From Pocillopora damicornis (Eukaryota): a stretch of 64,000 nucleotides of DNA. The notes under the pieces were generated by a model. It saw only the letters and a list, made by a program, of their open reading frames with translations. It was not told where the DNA came from and did no database searches. Below, piece after piece: positions 52,793-64,000 of this stretch (its first letter is position 1; the number at the start of each line of letters is the position of its first letter). A program made the position numbers and the translations under genes. The stretch spans positions 310,001 through 374,000 of the forward strand of contig NW_020845316.1 in assembly GCF_003704095.1 (NCBI RefSeq). Reading direction: 5' to 3'.

Positions 52793-55700
52793 GTTTCTAC
52801 CAGTCTCGAACAAACGAAAATAAACCAGTTCTTATTCCTGGAATGTAGGAAGATGTCGACGATTTCATGAGAAAGAGTGGAAATGAAACTGCAGAGTCTG
52901 TTCTTAAAGATTTAGATGAGCAACATCAGAAGTATAAATTTATGGAACTGAATTTGTTGGCGAGAAAAAAAAGGTACGAATACGTGACTTTTGTGAATCA
53001 TTTTTCAATTCCTCGGTAAATTTAAGATTACCCTTTGGGTTAATCCCCAAGTTTTCCAACCTTTTTCATTTTTGGTTGGATTGATTCCTATCCTTCAGGG
53101 CCCAAGCAGTGCTGTAAACCCCTCATCCAAGGGCGTATTGAGAAATTTGATACGCCTCCACAATTTTGTCTTCTATTCCTGAAAAAGAAGGAAGCTGTAT
53201 TTTTACCCTCCCAGCAACTAATGCTTCCATGTTTTTATTTTTGGCCACAAAAGTCATCATGCACTTAATTTCCAGTACTATGCACAACCACCAATATTAA
53301 AGGGTAACTGATGGCAAATTTTTCCCCCTTTTTTTTGTCCCAATACATGCCTTTTAGGTTAAAGAATCCTAAATGAGCAAATAAATGAAAACCAAATATT
53401 CTACAATTTTTTTTTATGCTTAATCCACGGCAATTTTGAAAATGTTTCGATCCAGGTTACTTGATGTGATACATCATACATGTGTAAGACAGAGAAAAGG
53501 GCCATGTTAAGACCTGAAAGTAACAACTTTGCTGCTACAGAGTGGGACAAAAAAGATTTGTTCCATTTTTGTACAGGCCACCATTTAGAGACTATGAAAT
53601 ACAAAGTGAGAAATGAAATACTTCCTATAAAAAGATTGAATTATGGAAATGCAATGAATTGCATATCTGTATTCAGAGCTACAGGTAGATTGAATGCCAT
53701 ACCAAACAGCAGTAAAATATAAATATATTTTTCCTATTCACCATTATCTAGTCTGTTACTTTTAGAAATTTTTTTTTAGTCCAGGTCAAAAAGTATTTAA
53801 TTTAAGATTTTGTCTATTGTATATCACTTTCAAGTCCACTGTATATCTCTGTCAAGCCCATCGGTTCTGAAGTGAGTATGGCATAAGTGTTAAGTGTTGT
53901 TGTGTATTACAGGGGGTCCTTATCTGGTTTTGTGAACGAAATTCTTCTTCCATGTTCTGGAAATGTACAAGATTTATCCTTTCTTTATCTCTTTTAACCC
54001 TTTAACTTCCAAGATCTAATTGTTAATTCTCCCCTCTAGCTGCTTCACATTTCCTTGTAAATTAGATTGAGAACTTGGTGCTAGATCAAGATAGCAGCTT
54101 CTACCTGATAAATTCAAATATTCTCATTATCTGTTTGCTGAATAATGTATGGATGTTATGGGGAAAATGTTCATGTTATTCACTTCTGGAAGTTAAAGGG
54201 TAAACGGAGAATAGTGAGCAGCACAAAGGAAAAACTTCTTGCTGTTGTACCTTTTTGTTTACTTTTTCCGATTGGTAAAAAATGAACAGAGTCTGCAACA
54301 CAGTTGTGCAACGCAAACAACAAGCTTGTAATGTTTCTCAAATTACGACCTGGACTTTAAAAAAAATATATATATATATATATATATATTTTTTTTACAC
54401 TAAAGTCATCCTAAACTGTACCACTCTTAGCCCCATTGACATTTACAATATGAACAGAAAACAACAGGATTTCAAGCAAAGAAAACAAAAACCAGGGAAG
54501 GGCTGTGTACTGATGTTTTATGGCATAATAATTTACATGAAAAAAAAATTACTCAGTTCTGCTTGATTAAGATAAATGCAGTTTTCAGGTAATTCAATGC
54601 AGAAGAGGGTTAATTCAGTGCAAAGAAAGTAACAAACCAGACATTCTGGTTGGTCAATAATCAAAGAAACTCACAGATAGCCAATCAAATGCGAGCCTTG
54701 GATGTCGCAACATTTGGCTACGCTGAAAATTTGTGAGTGAAACAATCGCCAATGCTCAAATAGGTTTTCTTTTGCCTCTGCAACAGCAATACAGCTGCTG
54801 AAAAAAGCTCTAACAACGGAAACATTATAATAAGCACTGCTTTTTGGTTGTTGGTTTGGAAAAGTGGTCTTTAGAGAAGGGAATTGCCAAGGAAATCAAA
54901 ATTGTGAGCCGATTCAGCTTAACACATCGCTCAAGCAATTCCATGCCAAAATTAAAAACAAAGATGGTTAAACCTCGCAAACAAAAATTCCATTCCATTG
55001 AAAGTGATTTGGACACAGGCTGAACAATTCCTTGAACTATTTAGCTGGACTTTGAACGTTTTTGCACCTTAAAGATGTGAAAATATCATTGTATATTACT
55101 GTTTTGATTGTACATGGTTGTTTTGACCAAATGCACAGGTTTGAATAAATTATTTTTGCACTTGATGTGCGTGCTTTGCTTCTGATATTTTTTCATGTAT
55201 AAAATTTACTCATGCTTATTTATTCCAAATTGCACTCGAAATCATGTGATTACCTATACAAACAAATGCAGATGGATTTAGCCCTCACCAGTTTCCAGCT
55301 GATGAAAATGAGCAGCAAAAGTGGATTGTATTTGTGCAAACAAAAAGAGAACCTAATAGGTAGTTGAACACCAGGTTCGGGTCTGCACATTTACAGCGAC
55401 CATTTCACAGGTGATAACTATGAAGGATTCTGTGCAGGAATAGCTGGATTTTAGTTCTAAGCTAGTATTAAAGAAGTCCTCAGTTCTTTCTACTGATGCG
55501 TCTCCTACTCAAGGATGCTGTACAATGCATCTGGGTTCTGCCTGCAGTTGTTCCTCCATAACAGCCCCCAAATTTTTATTTCTCACTTCATCTACTTCTT
55601 GACAACAAATTTTTTCTACCTCTCTCCACCTGCATCTTGTAATAAAAGAATCAGTATTATTATGATGTTGAAAAGAATAAATAAAGAACACAAGTTGTAT

Positions 55701-58700
55701 GATTGGTTTCGCCAAAATGAACAGTTATTAGTTCTGTAACTGTCGCATATGTGAGAGATGACTCACACTTTAGGCTATTAACAAGATACAAAGACCACAA
55801 AAGGGGAAAACTAAGTTAACAATCAGTTAATATTAGGAGGATGTTCACTTTTATATGTATGAATGATTTTTTTGCTGCATTGTGTTCTACGGTAAAAGCT
55901 GAGAAATCTTTGCCAAATTCAATAAAAGAAAATTCAAAACCGTTACAAATGTGTCGAAACATGTATATTGTGGAAAACAACTCTTGAGAATGAATCCATC
56001 CAATGCACCTCCACAAACGTGTATGTTTGTTTTTCACAGTCTGTGAAAAATAAGCTTTGGAAGGTGTGTGCGTGTAGCACAAAAACACTTTGCTTCCATG
56101 GAATTCAAGAGTCTGCACATTTGGTTTTCTTTACTTGATTATTGCTATATTCAATAAGTGACTGATTTTCAGGTACCTTATTTACAAGGGTAATGCACTC
56201 ACCATTCTTCTCTTTTCTCATTAAGACAGCTGCTATGTATGGACTCTTGATCCTCTTCTGACTCTTGTACTCTATTTTTGGTTCGTCTTGGTGTTTCAAA
56301 GCGCCAGGGCCTGATTTACCAAACAGGCTCATAAGCCCTATCATTATTTTCACCTTTCAACTTTCCTCACTTGAACTACTATCTGCCATATTTACTGTGC
56401 TAAGTTTACACACATGCGACGTATCAGGTCACATGATCAAATTTGAAGCATTTATGGCAGATGACTCATGAAGCTGCAATTACAACAGTTTTTTGAACCA
56501 AAAAAGCCACAAAGAGGCTTTCTAAGTACCTTGTGTCTGTTTCAGTGTGTTACCTGAGGCATTTAGACAGTATTCCAAAAATGTGACCTTTTAAGCTGTC
56601 AATTACCCTTTTTGAAAAGATGTCACAAATTGGGAATCAATAAATTTGTTCTAGTACTCACAACCCCACTCATATGCAGTCAAATTGTATAACCCTGGAT
56701 GGTGATTTCTTTAATTGTTCAGTATTTAGAGGGTTTTTAGGGAGGAAGGTGAGAGATCCATGTGGGAATTTGTCTTCTATTAGTTGAAAGAAATTAAGAT
56801 GGCTTGGCTGGTAGTTGGTTGTAGTTTGTTAAGTCATGCTGAGTGTTATTTTATCAAGATTATGAGGTGGAATTTTGATTTAAAGTTTGTCATATTATTA
56901 CTACCAAGGGAAACCAAAAATTTGGTCATGTAAGTAGGGGTTCGAGTTTTCTGGATTGGTGTTGAATTTCAATTCTGTCAATAATTGATTAGCAATAATG
57001 ATTTTACAATTCTTGCACAATCTACAATCATTTTCATACTATTTTCTTTGTTTTATAAGTGCTTTTGTATAAGAAAATTTAGTTTGGGAAGTTTAGTAAA
57101 TGTATTACATTATCTTAAATGCTATCAATTGCAATTTAAAGTTGGGACATGTTAATCAGCTATGCTCTGACACTTTGGCATTTATTGAACACTGATTTTT
57201 TCAAAAAGTTTGAGTCATCAGCTAAGGGTAAATTTGAGTCAAGGAAAAGTAAAATTAGTTTGAGTTAACTGAGTTTGAGTTAGCTGATAGTAAATAACTG
57301 CAGAAATGGTCAAATCCAAGGGAAATCAGATCTTGTTAGCAGTTGGTTTGAGTTGACTGGGTTTAAGTTAGTGTGGCTCTGATGTATATGGCAAACAGCT
57401 GAGGGGAGTCTCACACTTAGAGAAAGGGCAGACTTGATTATAAGCTAGTATTTAGTAAATGAGTGCATATTTCTCTTGTGGTGGAGAAGATGATTTAACA
57501 TTTCATGTTGAATGATGTTTATTTCTATCAATTTACTTTTCCACTCCACCAGTTTCCCCACTGATTATGGTAAACACCTGCAAATAAGCCACACTTTTTA
57601 TCCCAAAATTTTTGTATCAAATCAGGGTTGTAGCTTATCTGTCAGGAGAAAATGCCACAAATTTGCATCAAGTGACACTATTCACCAAAAATTCTGTGCA
57701 GTAAACTATCAAGAACTTCATAAAAATATACAAAGGTGCACGTTCATTATTTCTTTTACAAGACTGGTGGCTCCTTAAAAAAATGTGTTTGTTTATAAGC
57801 ATATGATAATATTTCTTGCTGTTGAGTGACTTTGCAACCAGTTTAAAGTTGCCTTCCATGAGTAGCCAATCATTACTCAGCAAGAAATCTCCATTCCACT
57901 GCAAAGCTGCTTTCTGTGTTGCTGATGGCAATGTTTGTACTAGAGAATAAATGTAATCTGTAAATGTCAATATATCTGTTGCTTAATCAAGAAACCAAGG
58001 GGTTATGTAGCTAGGTAACTGGCAACTCCACAACTTTGCTGCTGTCATAACAGGAGCCAAGATGGATTAAAAGCAACAGATTCATAAACATTTACTGTAC
58101 TGTGTTATCTTGTACATTGCAGATTACAATCCCAAGTTCCAGATTTGAATTCAAGTTTAGAGATGGTCAAATTATTAACATCGAAAAAGGTACTGAAATG
58201 AAACTATAGGAGTTTAGGAGTTTACCCAGTAAAGAAGGTTAAACAGTGGAAAGCAAGTAGCAAAAAAATATGTATATTTTTTTTGTTTTAATTCTTTGAG
58301 CATCTCACTTTAGTCTCTTTGATTTACATTTTCATATGGCAGTTTGCATTGATGGTGAAGGCTTTTTCAGGAGTAAATGTGGCAACATACATACAGACTG
58401 CTATGCCATATTGAAAATCATCTCAATTTGTCCATGAAGTGTATGTTGTGATTTTACTCCATAGGATGGTTCCAAGCCCCTTCAGAGCAGATTTTTGTTG
58501 TCGGATCAGGTATATTGCACTGCAGAAGTTCCACCGACAGAAAAAGTAATGTTGTGGCTTGGGGTAAGATGTTATTTATTTATTCTCCTTTGTTCCTTTC
58601 TCTTCTCTGTGAGCCTTGAGATTCTAGTTCTGGTGGGGGGGAGGGTGGTGGCTTAGATTTACTCTTTTGGTAGGGTGAACCCAATTTGTTGTACCGTTAG

Positions 58701-60701
58701 GGTTTACTGTATTTCGTTGAATAAGCACCAGGCGCTTATTTGAAATTGCTCATTTCAAATTTTGGCTTAAAGCAGGGACACTCAATTGAGGGGGGGAATT
58801 TAACTAACTGTACCTTTATTTTGGCAAAATATTAAATAGAAATACAAAAATTAAAAAGTTATAAGTAAAGAAATAAAGTGGCAATAGAAACTGGTCTTTG
58901 TTTTACCCCTATTTGAGAGAGGAGGCAGAGAAGTGCTTGTTTTAGATTATGGCATAGTGAGGAGGGTGCTTATTAGAGTGTCGGCAGTTATTCAATGATA
59001 TACAGATATATATAATTTTTTTTTTTTACTGTAATGTGAATGCAATTAATGTGGACCATAGGGGTAATGCTGGTATAGATAAGGTGGGTGAACTTTTCAG
59101 GGTAGATTTACTTGGAAATAATGCAATTGTTACTTGCAATTATTGCACAATACTTGCATTTGTCATGACTTTGCCACAAGTCATGTCATCTCTGAATCAC
59201 TTAACTCCTGTAACTTAAGAGGTCACAGCGACCATTAATTAGTCCTTTAACAGCCACCCTTGAATCACACATTAAGGACATGAAAATATAGGAAATAATC
59301 ACCACCTCAAGAAGCTCTTGATTGTTAAACAAATTGCCCTTGGCTTGTAAGCACCTGTATAGAGAACATTATGAAGAATGTGCATACTGATATTTGGTTG
59401 TAAAGGTTTAAATTATGTCACATTTATATATTTTTTTATTTATGTTGACTTAATTTAAATTCATATTACTGTAATGTCTCTGATTTTCAACATGATATCT
59501 GGAAATTAATGTTAATTAACTTTCAAAACATTTTACACTCTTCTCAAGAATGAAGTTGATTGTCATTCAGAGTGCATCATTTAGTACAAAGAGCTTTGTT
59601 GATACTTACTTGATTAGGCAAATGTTATGTTGGAGTACAGCATTGAGGAAGCTGGAGCTTTGCTGTCTAAAAACCTGAATACTGCACAGAAAAACTTGAA
59701 GGATATTGAAGATGACTTGGGGTTCCTGAGAGATCAGTATACCACAACTGAAGTCAGTATCCTTCCAAAAAAAACTGTCCTAAGTAGTGTAAATGGTTGT
59801 TTTTATTATGGTACATTTTGTATCAGCAGGGGTTGCTTGTGAGTGTGTCTCTCCTTCAAACCAAGATTTTAACTTCCCATGTTAGTGGGGAGCTCTTATC
59901 TGCTTTAGGTGTTAGGATTCAAATCTGACAAGATTTACAATTTTAAGAGAGACTGGACATTCAAATTATCATTTTATCCTGGGGTTGTAAGGATTTGTAC
60001 TCAAGGGTGGTGCATTTGGTGCAGCTCTGTTTTAGTACTGCACCCAGTGAATGTATGAGTTACTGAACCTAAAGCTAAAAATACAGTGCTGATTTCACCA
60101 TGAGAAGCATAAATTTTGTTTGATATCAGAAACTGGTTCCACTGCATAATTGAAGCAGTTAGGTGTTTGATGCATTTCTAGTTTTAGAAGAGCCTAGTGA
60201 TCTTTTCATGTGAGCCCTTTCATCAGGACCTTATCGGTTTCTAAATCTTGCATTATCAGCTCTCTCCTTTTATTTCTAGATTGTAAATATCCCAGTTTTT
60301 TACTGAGATCTGGTTAACTGGGCTGAAGTATTTTTTTCAGTACAACATGCCAGTCATGTGACTGGGATGGAATTTGAGAGGTGATTCCTTGTTTATATTC
60401 ATGACAAAGCCAACATTTATCATATGAATAGTAACCATGCAGAAATCTCAGCTTGTCAGCTGAAAGGGATGATTGGTTTACTTGCCCTCTTGCATGTGCT
60501 TGCTTCCATGTGCTTGAAATATGACAATGCTATGCTACCCAGGGTGGCCTGGGAGTCAATTTTCTTTGAGGAGTTCTTGAGTCTGATAATCCATATGAAT
60601 GTCGTGAAGTCATATTCCTTCACTTGTATTTAGACATGGCTAGAGTGTACAACTGGGAAGTCAAGAAGAGACAAGCACAAAAAGTTCAGTCAGAAAAATA
60701 G
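52592..60701 (+). CDS. VBP1: Prefoldin subunit 3 (VHL-binding protein 1), 6 exons, 199 aa
   Basis: Exons 52592-52693, 52849-52973, 58123-58189, 58465-58563, 59618-59756 and 60634-60701 (600 nt). Motifs [61 protein letters not shown]. Confidence 0.95.
53297..56613 (-). mobile_element. Decayed Kolobok-like DNA transposon in VBP1 intron 2, with nested insertions
   Basis: Left end TTAA|AGGGTAACTGATGGC and right end GCTGTCAATTACCCT form a 12/15 inverted match. It holds a broken two-exon gene (56389-56203 and 55635-55512) with IRPWRFE and ICCQEVDEV...CIVQHP. Confidence 0.65.
53994..54203. mobile_element. piggyBac-like MITE nested in the Kolobok-like element
   Basis: TTAACCCTTT...AAAGGG termini. 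Same subfamily as about 45249-45452 and 47324-47526. Confidence 0.75.
59757..60633 (+). other. U12-type GT-AG intron (last intron of VBP1)
   Basis: 5' site GTATCCTT, branch site TTCCTTCAC at 60615-60623, AG at 60632-60633. Confidence 0.85.
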
Positions 60702-61874
60702 CTGCATCCTACACAGTCCTTAATTATCTTTATTTTCATTATTATTATATAATTATTGTCCTTGTTATTATTGTCATTTGTTATGTTTGTGTATTTAATT
60801 TTACCTTTTTAAAAATAAATTTGAGGCCTACATCTAGCCTGGTACAATATACATATTTGATAGAATTTTACTACCCCACCCTCCCAGCCTATCCCTTGTG
60901 CGACAAACTCAAGGTAAATCTTTTTTTGGTATCACAATCAATTGGTAATATTGTCTCTCAGTCAATAACCCCAATTTCTCCTTGGGCAAGGACCCAATTG
61001 CTTAGGAGTCTCCAATGAAAAATGAAAATGAAAATGAAAAGTGAACTCTGTTTTCAGCAGATCCAAAGTGGACACCCTGTATTCAGCAGATTTGTCTTTC
61101 CATGTTTACTGTAAAACTAACCTGTATTTGGCAAACTCCTCCAGGGTGCAAATAAAGAGAAAACATTGAGCCCTTCTGAAACCCAACACCTTTATTAGGA
61201 ACCTTCAGGTGCTTTTGTAATTAAGTTTGACATGGTTTTAAGAGAAACTGCACACAGTTATAAATTTTTTTTTATGGTCCATGTTGATTAATGTTATGCA
61301 GAGTAATAGAGTCTAATTTGTTAATTGGCTATATTAAGCCACAATAAGTGGAAAGCACCTGCTTTGTTTTCAACCATATTTGCAATCAAGTTATTTTTTA
61401 AGCAATCTAGCACACTGACAAGGCAGACACAAGAGTCTAAAAACCCTTGACTTTGCAGTTGACAATGAACAATGTGCTGTTTACCCAAACTCACACTATT
61501 AGATGGACACATAAAAGGTCTCATGTTTTTTTGACTTGGTCACAAAATTTGGCCCAGTCCTTTCTTATTTTGCCAATCTATCAACCTGTGCATTGCAAAA
61601 GACTCTACAGAGTTTTCCCTTAGTTTAACCGTTTGACTCCTTATGATAATAAGCATCTGAATTCTCCTTACAATATCACCCCTGAATCAAAGAAAAAGGT
61701 CACAAGGATAAAGGAAATGACCACAACTAAAGAAGCTCTTGATTGTTAAACAAATTCTCCTTGTCAGCACCTGGAAATGTATAGAGAAAAGTATGGAAAA
61801 TATGCACACTGGAGTTAGGGTTTGAAGTATTAAACACAATGTGTTGAAATGGCCAGGACTCCAACCCAGAACTC

Positions 61875-62086
61875 TTAACCCTTTAACTCCTAAGATCTAA
61901 TTACTAATTCTCCTTACTGTCTGTCATATAATTCTTATGATGTAAATTTGAAGAATTTGGTATTGGATCAATTAATAATTCTCTAATTGATATTTTACTT
62001 TATTGTCATCACTTCTGTGCTTGATATTGTATTGATATTGTAAGGAGAAATTCTCTCTTTGTCACTCATGGGAGGTAAAGGGTTAA
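61875..62086. mobile_element. piggyBac-like MITE
   Basis: TTAACCCTTT...AAAGGGTTAA termini; similar to 4128-4339. Confidence 0.8.
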
Positions 62087-63120
62087 TCAGAGTCTAGCAC
62101 CCTGACCACTAATTATAACATGTAATTCTAGTCAGTTGCTTGAAAAAACCCACCACACCAAATCTGTTTTAACAAATTTTAATGTCATTTAAAAAAATTG
62201 ACAATTGTTTTCTTCTCAGTATAATATGTGGTTGATGTTAAGCATCAGCCAGCTACTTATATAGAACTTCACCACGTGGAGTTAAATTCCACAATGTTGT
62301 TGTCGTTCCAATGTAAACTAATTTCTTACACTCTCACAAAGAGCATTCCCGATGTGAACTTATTGTTTGACCTCATGTCAAATATTTTCTTAAATGGAAG
62401 TGTTAAATTGTAACGACCTCCTAAAATTTGCAAAAATTAGAATAAATTGTTTGTAAGATAGTATTCTCTCCAGTGGCACAGATAAGAACATTTTCTTTGA
62501 GTTCCAGTTTGTGACCATATCCTCACCAGAGGGTACATTTTAAATATTCACCACTAAGTGTTGAGGAAATTGCCTCATATTTTAAGATTTTTGATAATCC
62601 ACTTTCATGAGAAAAAAAGTTAACAAGTGTATATAATTGACTCAGCAATATTAAGGGTTTAAATAACATGAAGTCAAACAATAAGCTCTGGAATATACTA
62701 ACATACCTACAAAAATGATATCAAAATCACTTCACATTGCAAATATTACAAAAAGCTGAATATCAGAGAAAAGCTGATGAAAACCTGTACATGACCAGTA
62801 ACACCTTAAATACATTAACAAAACTTTCTTTCATTCAAATTCCACTCCATCAGAACAAAGTAGCATGCCAAATTATGATTTTAAGTCAACTTAACCTTGA
62901 CTACATACCACTTCACCACTCTTTGAGATTAATTACTGATCAAGGAAGCTACATCAATATTTTAAGCAATTTTTTTTCATCTCCAGCATGGTAGATCATA
63001 AAAATAAAATGACATGTCTGGGGTGAAAAACATCAAACATTGCATGGATGGTAGGTACAAGATTGAAAAGATTAACTCAGATTACAGACATCACATTGAT
63101 GCACAATTGACATAGCTCCC

Positions 63121-63331
63121 TTAACCCTTTAACTCCTAAGATCTCATCAGTAATTCTCTTTCTGTCTTCCATACAATTCTTATGATGTCAATTTGGAGAA
63201 TTAGGTATCAGATCAAGTTGTAATCCCATAAATGATATTTTACTTTATTCTCATCACTTGTTGGCATAACATTGTCTGGATATAGTAAGAATAAATTTTG
63301 TCTTGGTCACTCACAGGAGTTAAAGGGTTAA
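63121..63331. mobile_element. piggyBac-like MITE
   Basis: TTAACCCTTTAACTCCT...AGGAGTTAAAGGGTTAA, a perfect 17-bp inverted end including the TTAA. Confidence 0.85.
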
Positions 63332-64000
63332 GGTGCTGCCAAGGATGACGGCAACTGCATGCATAGAAAATAGATATTTCTATTTAAGAATGAGAGCTAC
63401 AAAACTGCTTGACCAGCAAGGATCTCTTGGCTAGCAAGAAACCGTGTTCTGACCCAAAAATTTGATCAATATGTTCTGCCCATAAAGCCCCTTCCATTAT
63501 TTTCCCAGTATAAAATATTGACTGTAAATAGATTATAAAGCCTTGGCATCCTATTTATAAGATAACTGGATTACTTCATATGTTGATTAACGGCACTAAA
63601 AACCATACAAAAAACGTTTTTCTCAATTGACCATGGATCATTACTTCTCAGGCATTCTCTGATCAATGTTCCTTCCACTAACCATTTCCAACTTAAGTTA
63701 TTTTTATTGTATTAAAATTTTAATGAGTGTGTATTTAAGACCTGTCCTAATAGAAAAATTCCTTGTTTAAAAATATTACTAGCATGTCAACATCAAAATG
63801 CATGAACTTACCAGTTCAACTGCTATCCTGCACGAATATTTAGCTAAAACTTCAATCACACCTCATAAAAATTTAAGGAATAATGGCATTTATAAAATGA
63901 CAGACAAGAAAACCTTTTTACAAATATCCTCTGAACATTCACAGAAGTATACAGATGAAATCTCTGTAAATGCCACCTTTGTTGTTTAAAACAATAAATC

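Noticed and set aside
60720-64000. Short ORFs at the right end
   Set aside because: The region is AT-rich UTR or intergenic sequence plus MITEs, with no exon chain or homology.

Overview
AT-rich, intron-rich animal genomic DNA. The gene set and repeat families look like a cnidarian, probably a stony coral; this is inferred, not proven. Eight protein-coding genes can be built by hand from splice sites and protein similarity. In order: CRYZL1 (5' part, - strand) head-to-head with SFT2D1/2 (+); intronless DNA polymerase lambda (+); a short plant/fungal-type DUF21+CBS (CNNM/MAM3-like) metal transporter (+); an SLC28 concentrative nucleoside transporter (-); exportin-4 (+, some exons lost in an assembly gap); and an intronless 2xBIR-UBA-RING IAP (-) head-to-head with prefoldin-3/VBP1 (+). 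Introns hold many TTAA-flanked piggyBac-like MITEs, SINEs, LINE fragments and a decayed Kolobok-like DNA transposon. The most notable signals are: (1) three minor-spliceosome (U12) introns, one of them AT-AC with an in-frame GT-AG pair just outside it; (2) a strong-context 4-codon uORF and a GC-AG first intron in the metal-transporter gene; (3) a cluster of NF-kB-type sites upstream of the IAP, partly inside VBP1 exon 1 and intron 1; (4) a transposon-borne gene resembling the P2X7 ballast (KolX) domain. No tRNA, rRNA or CRISPR array is supported, and no new multi-gene system is established.
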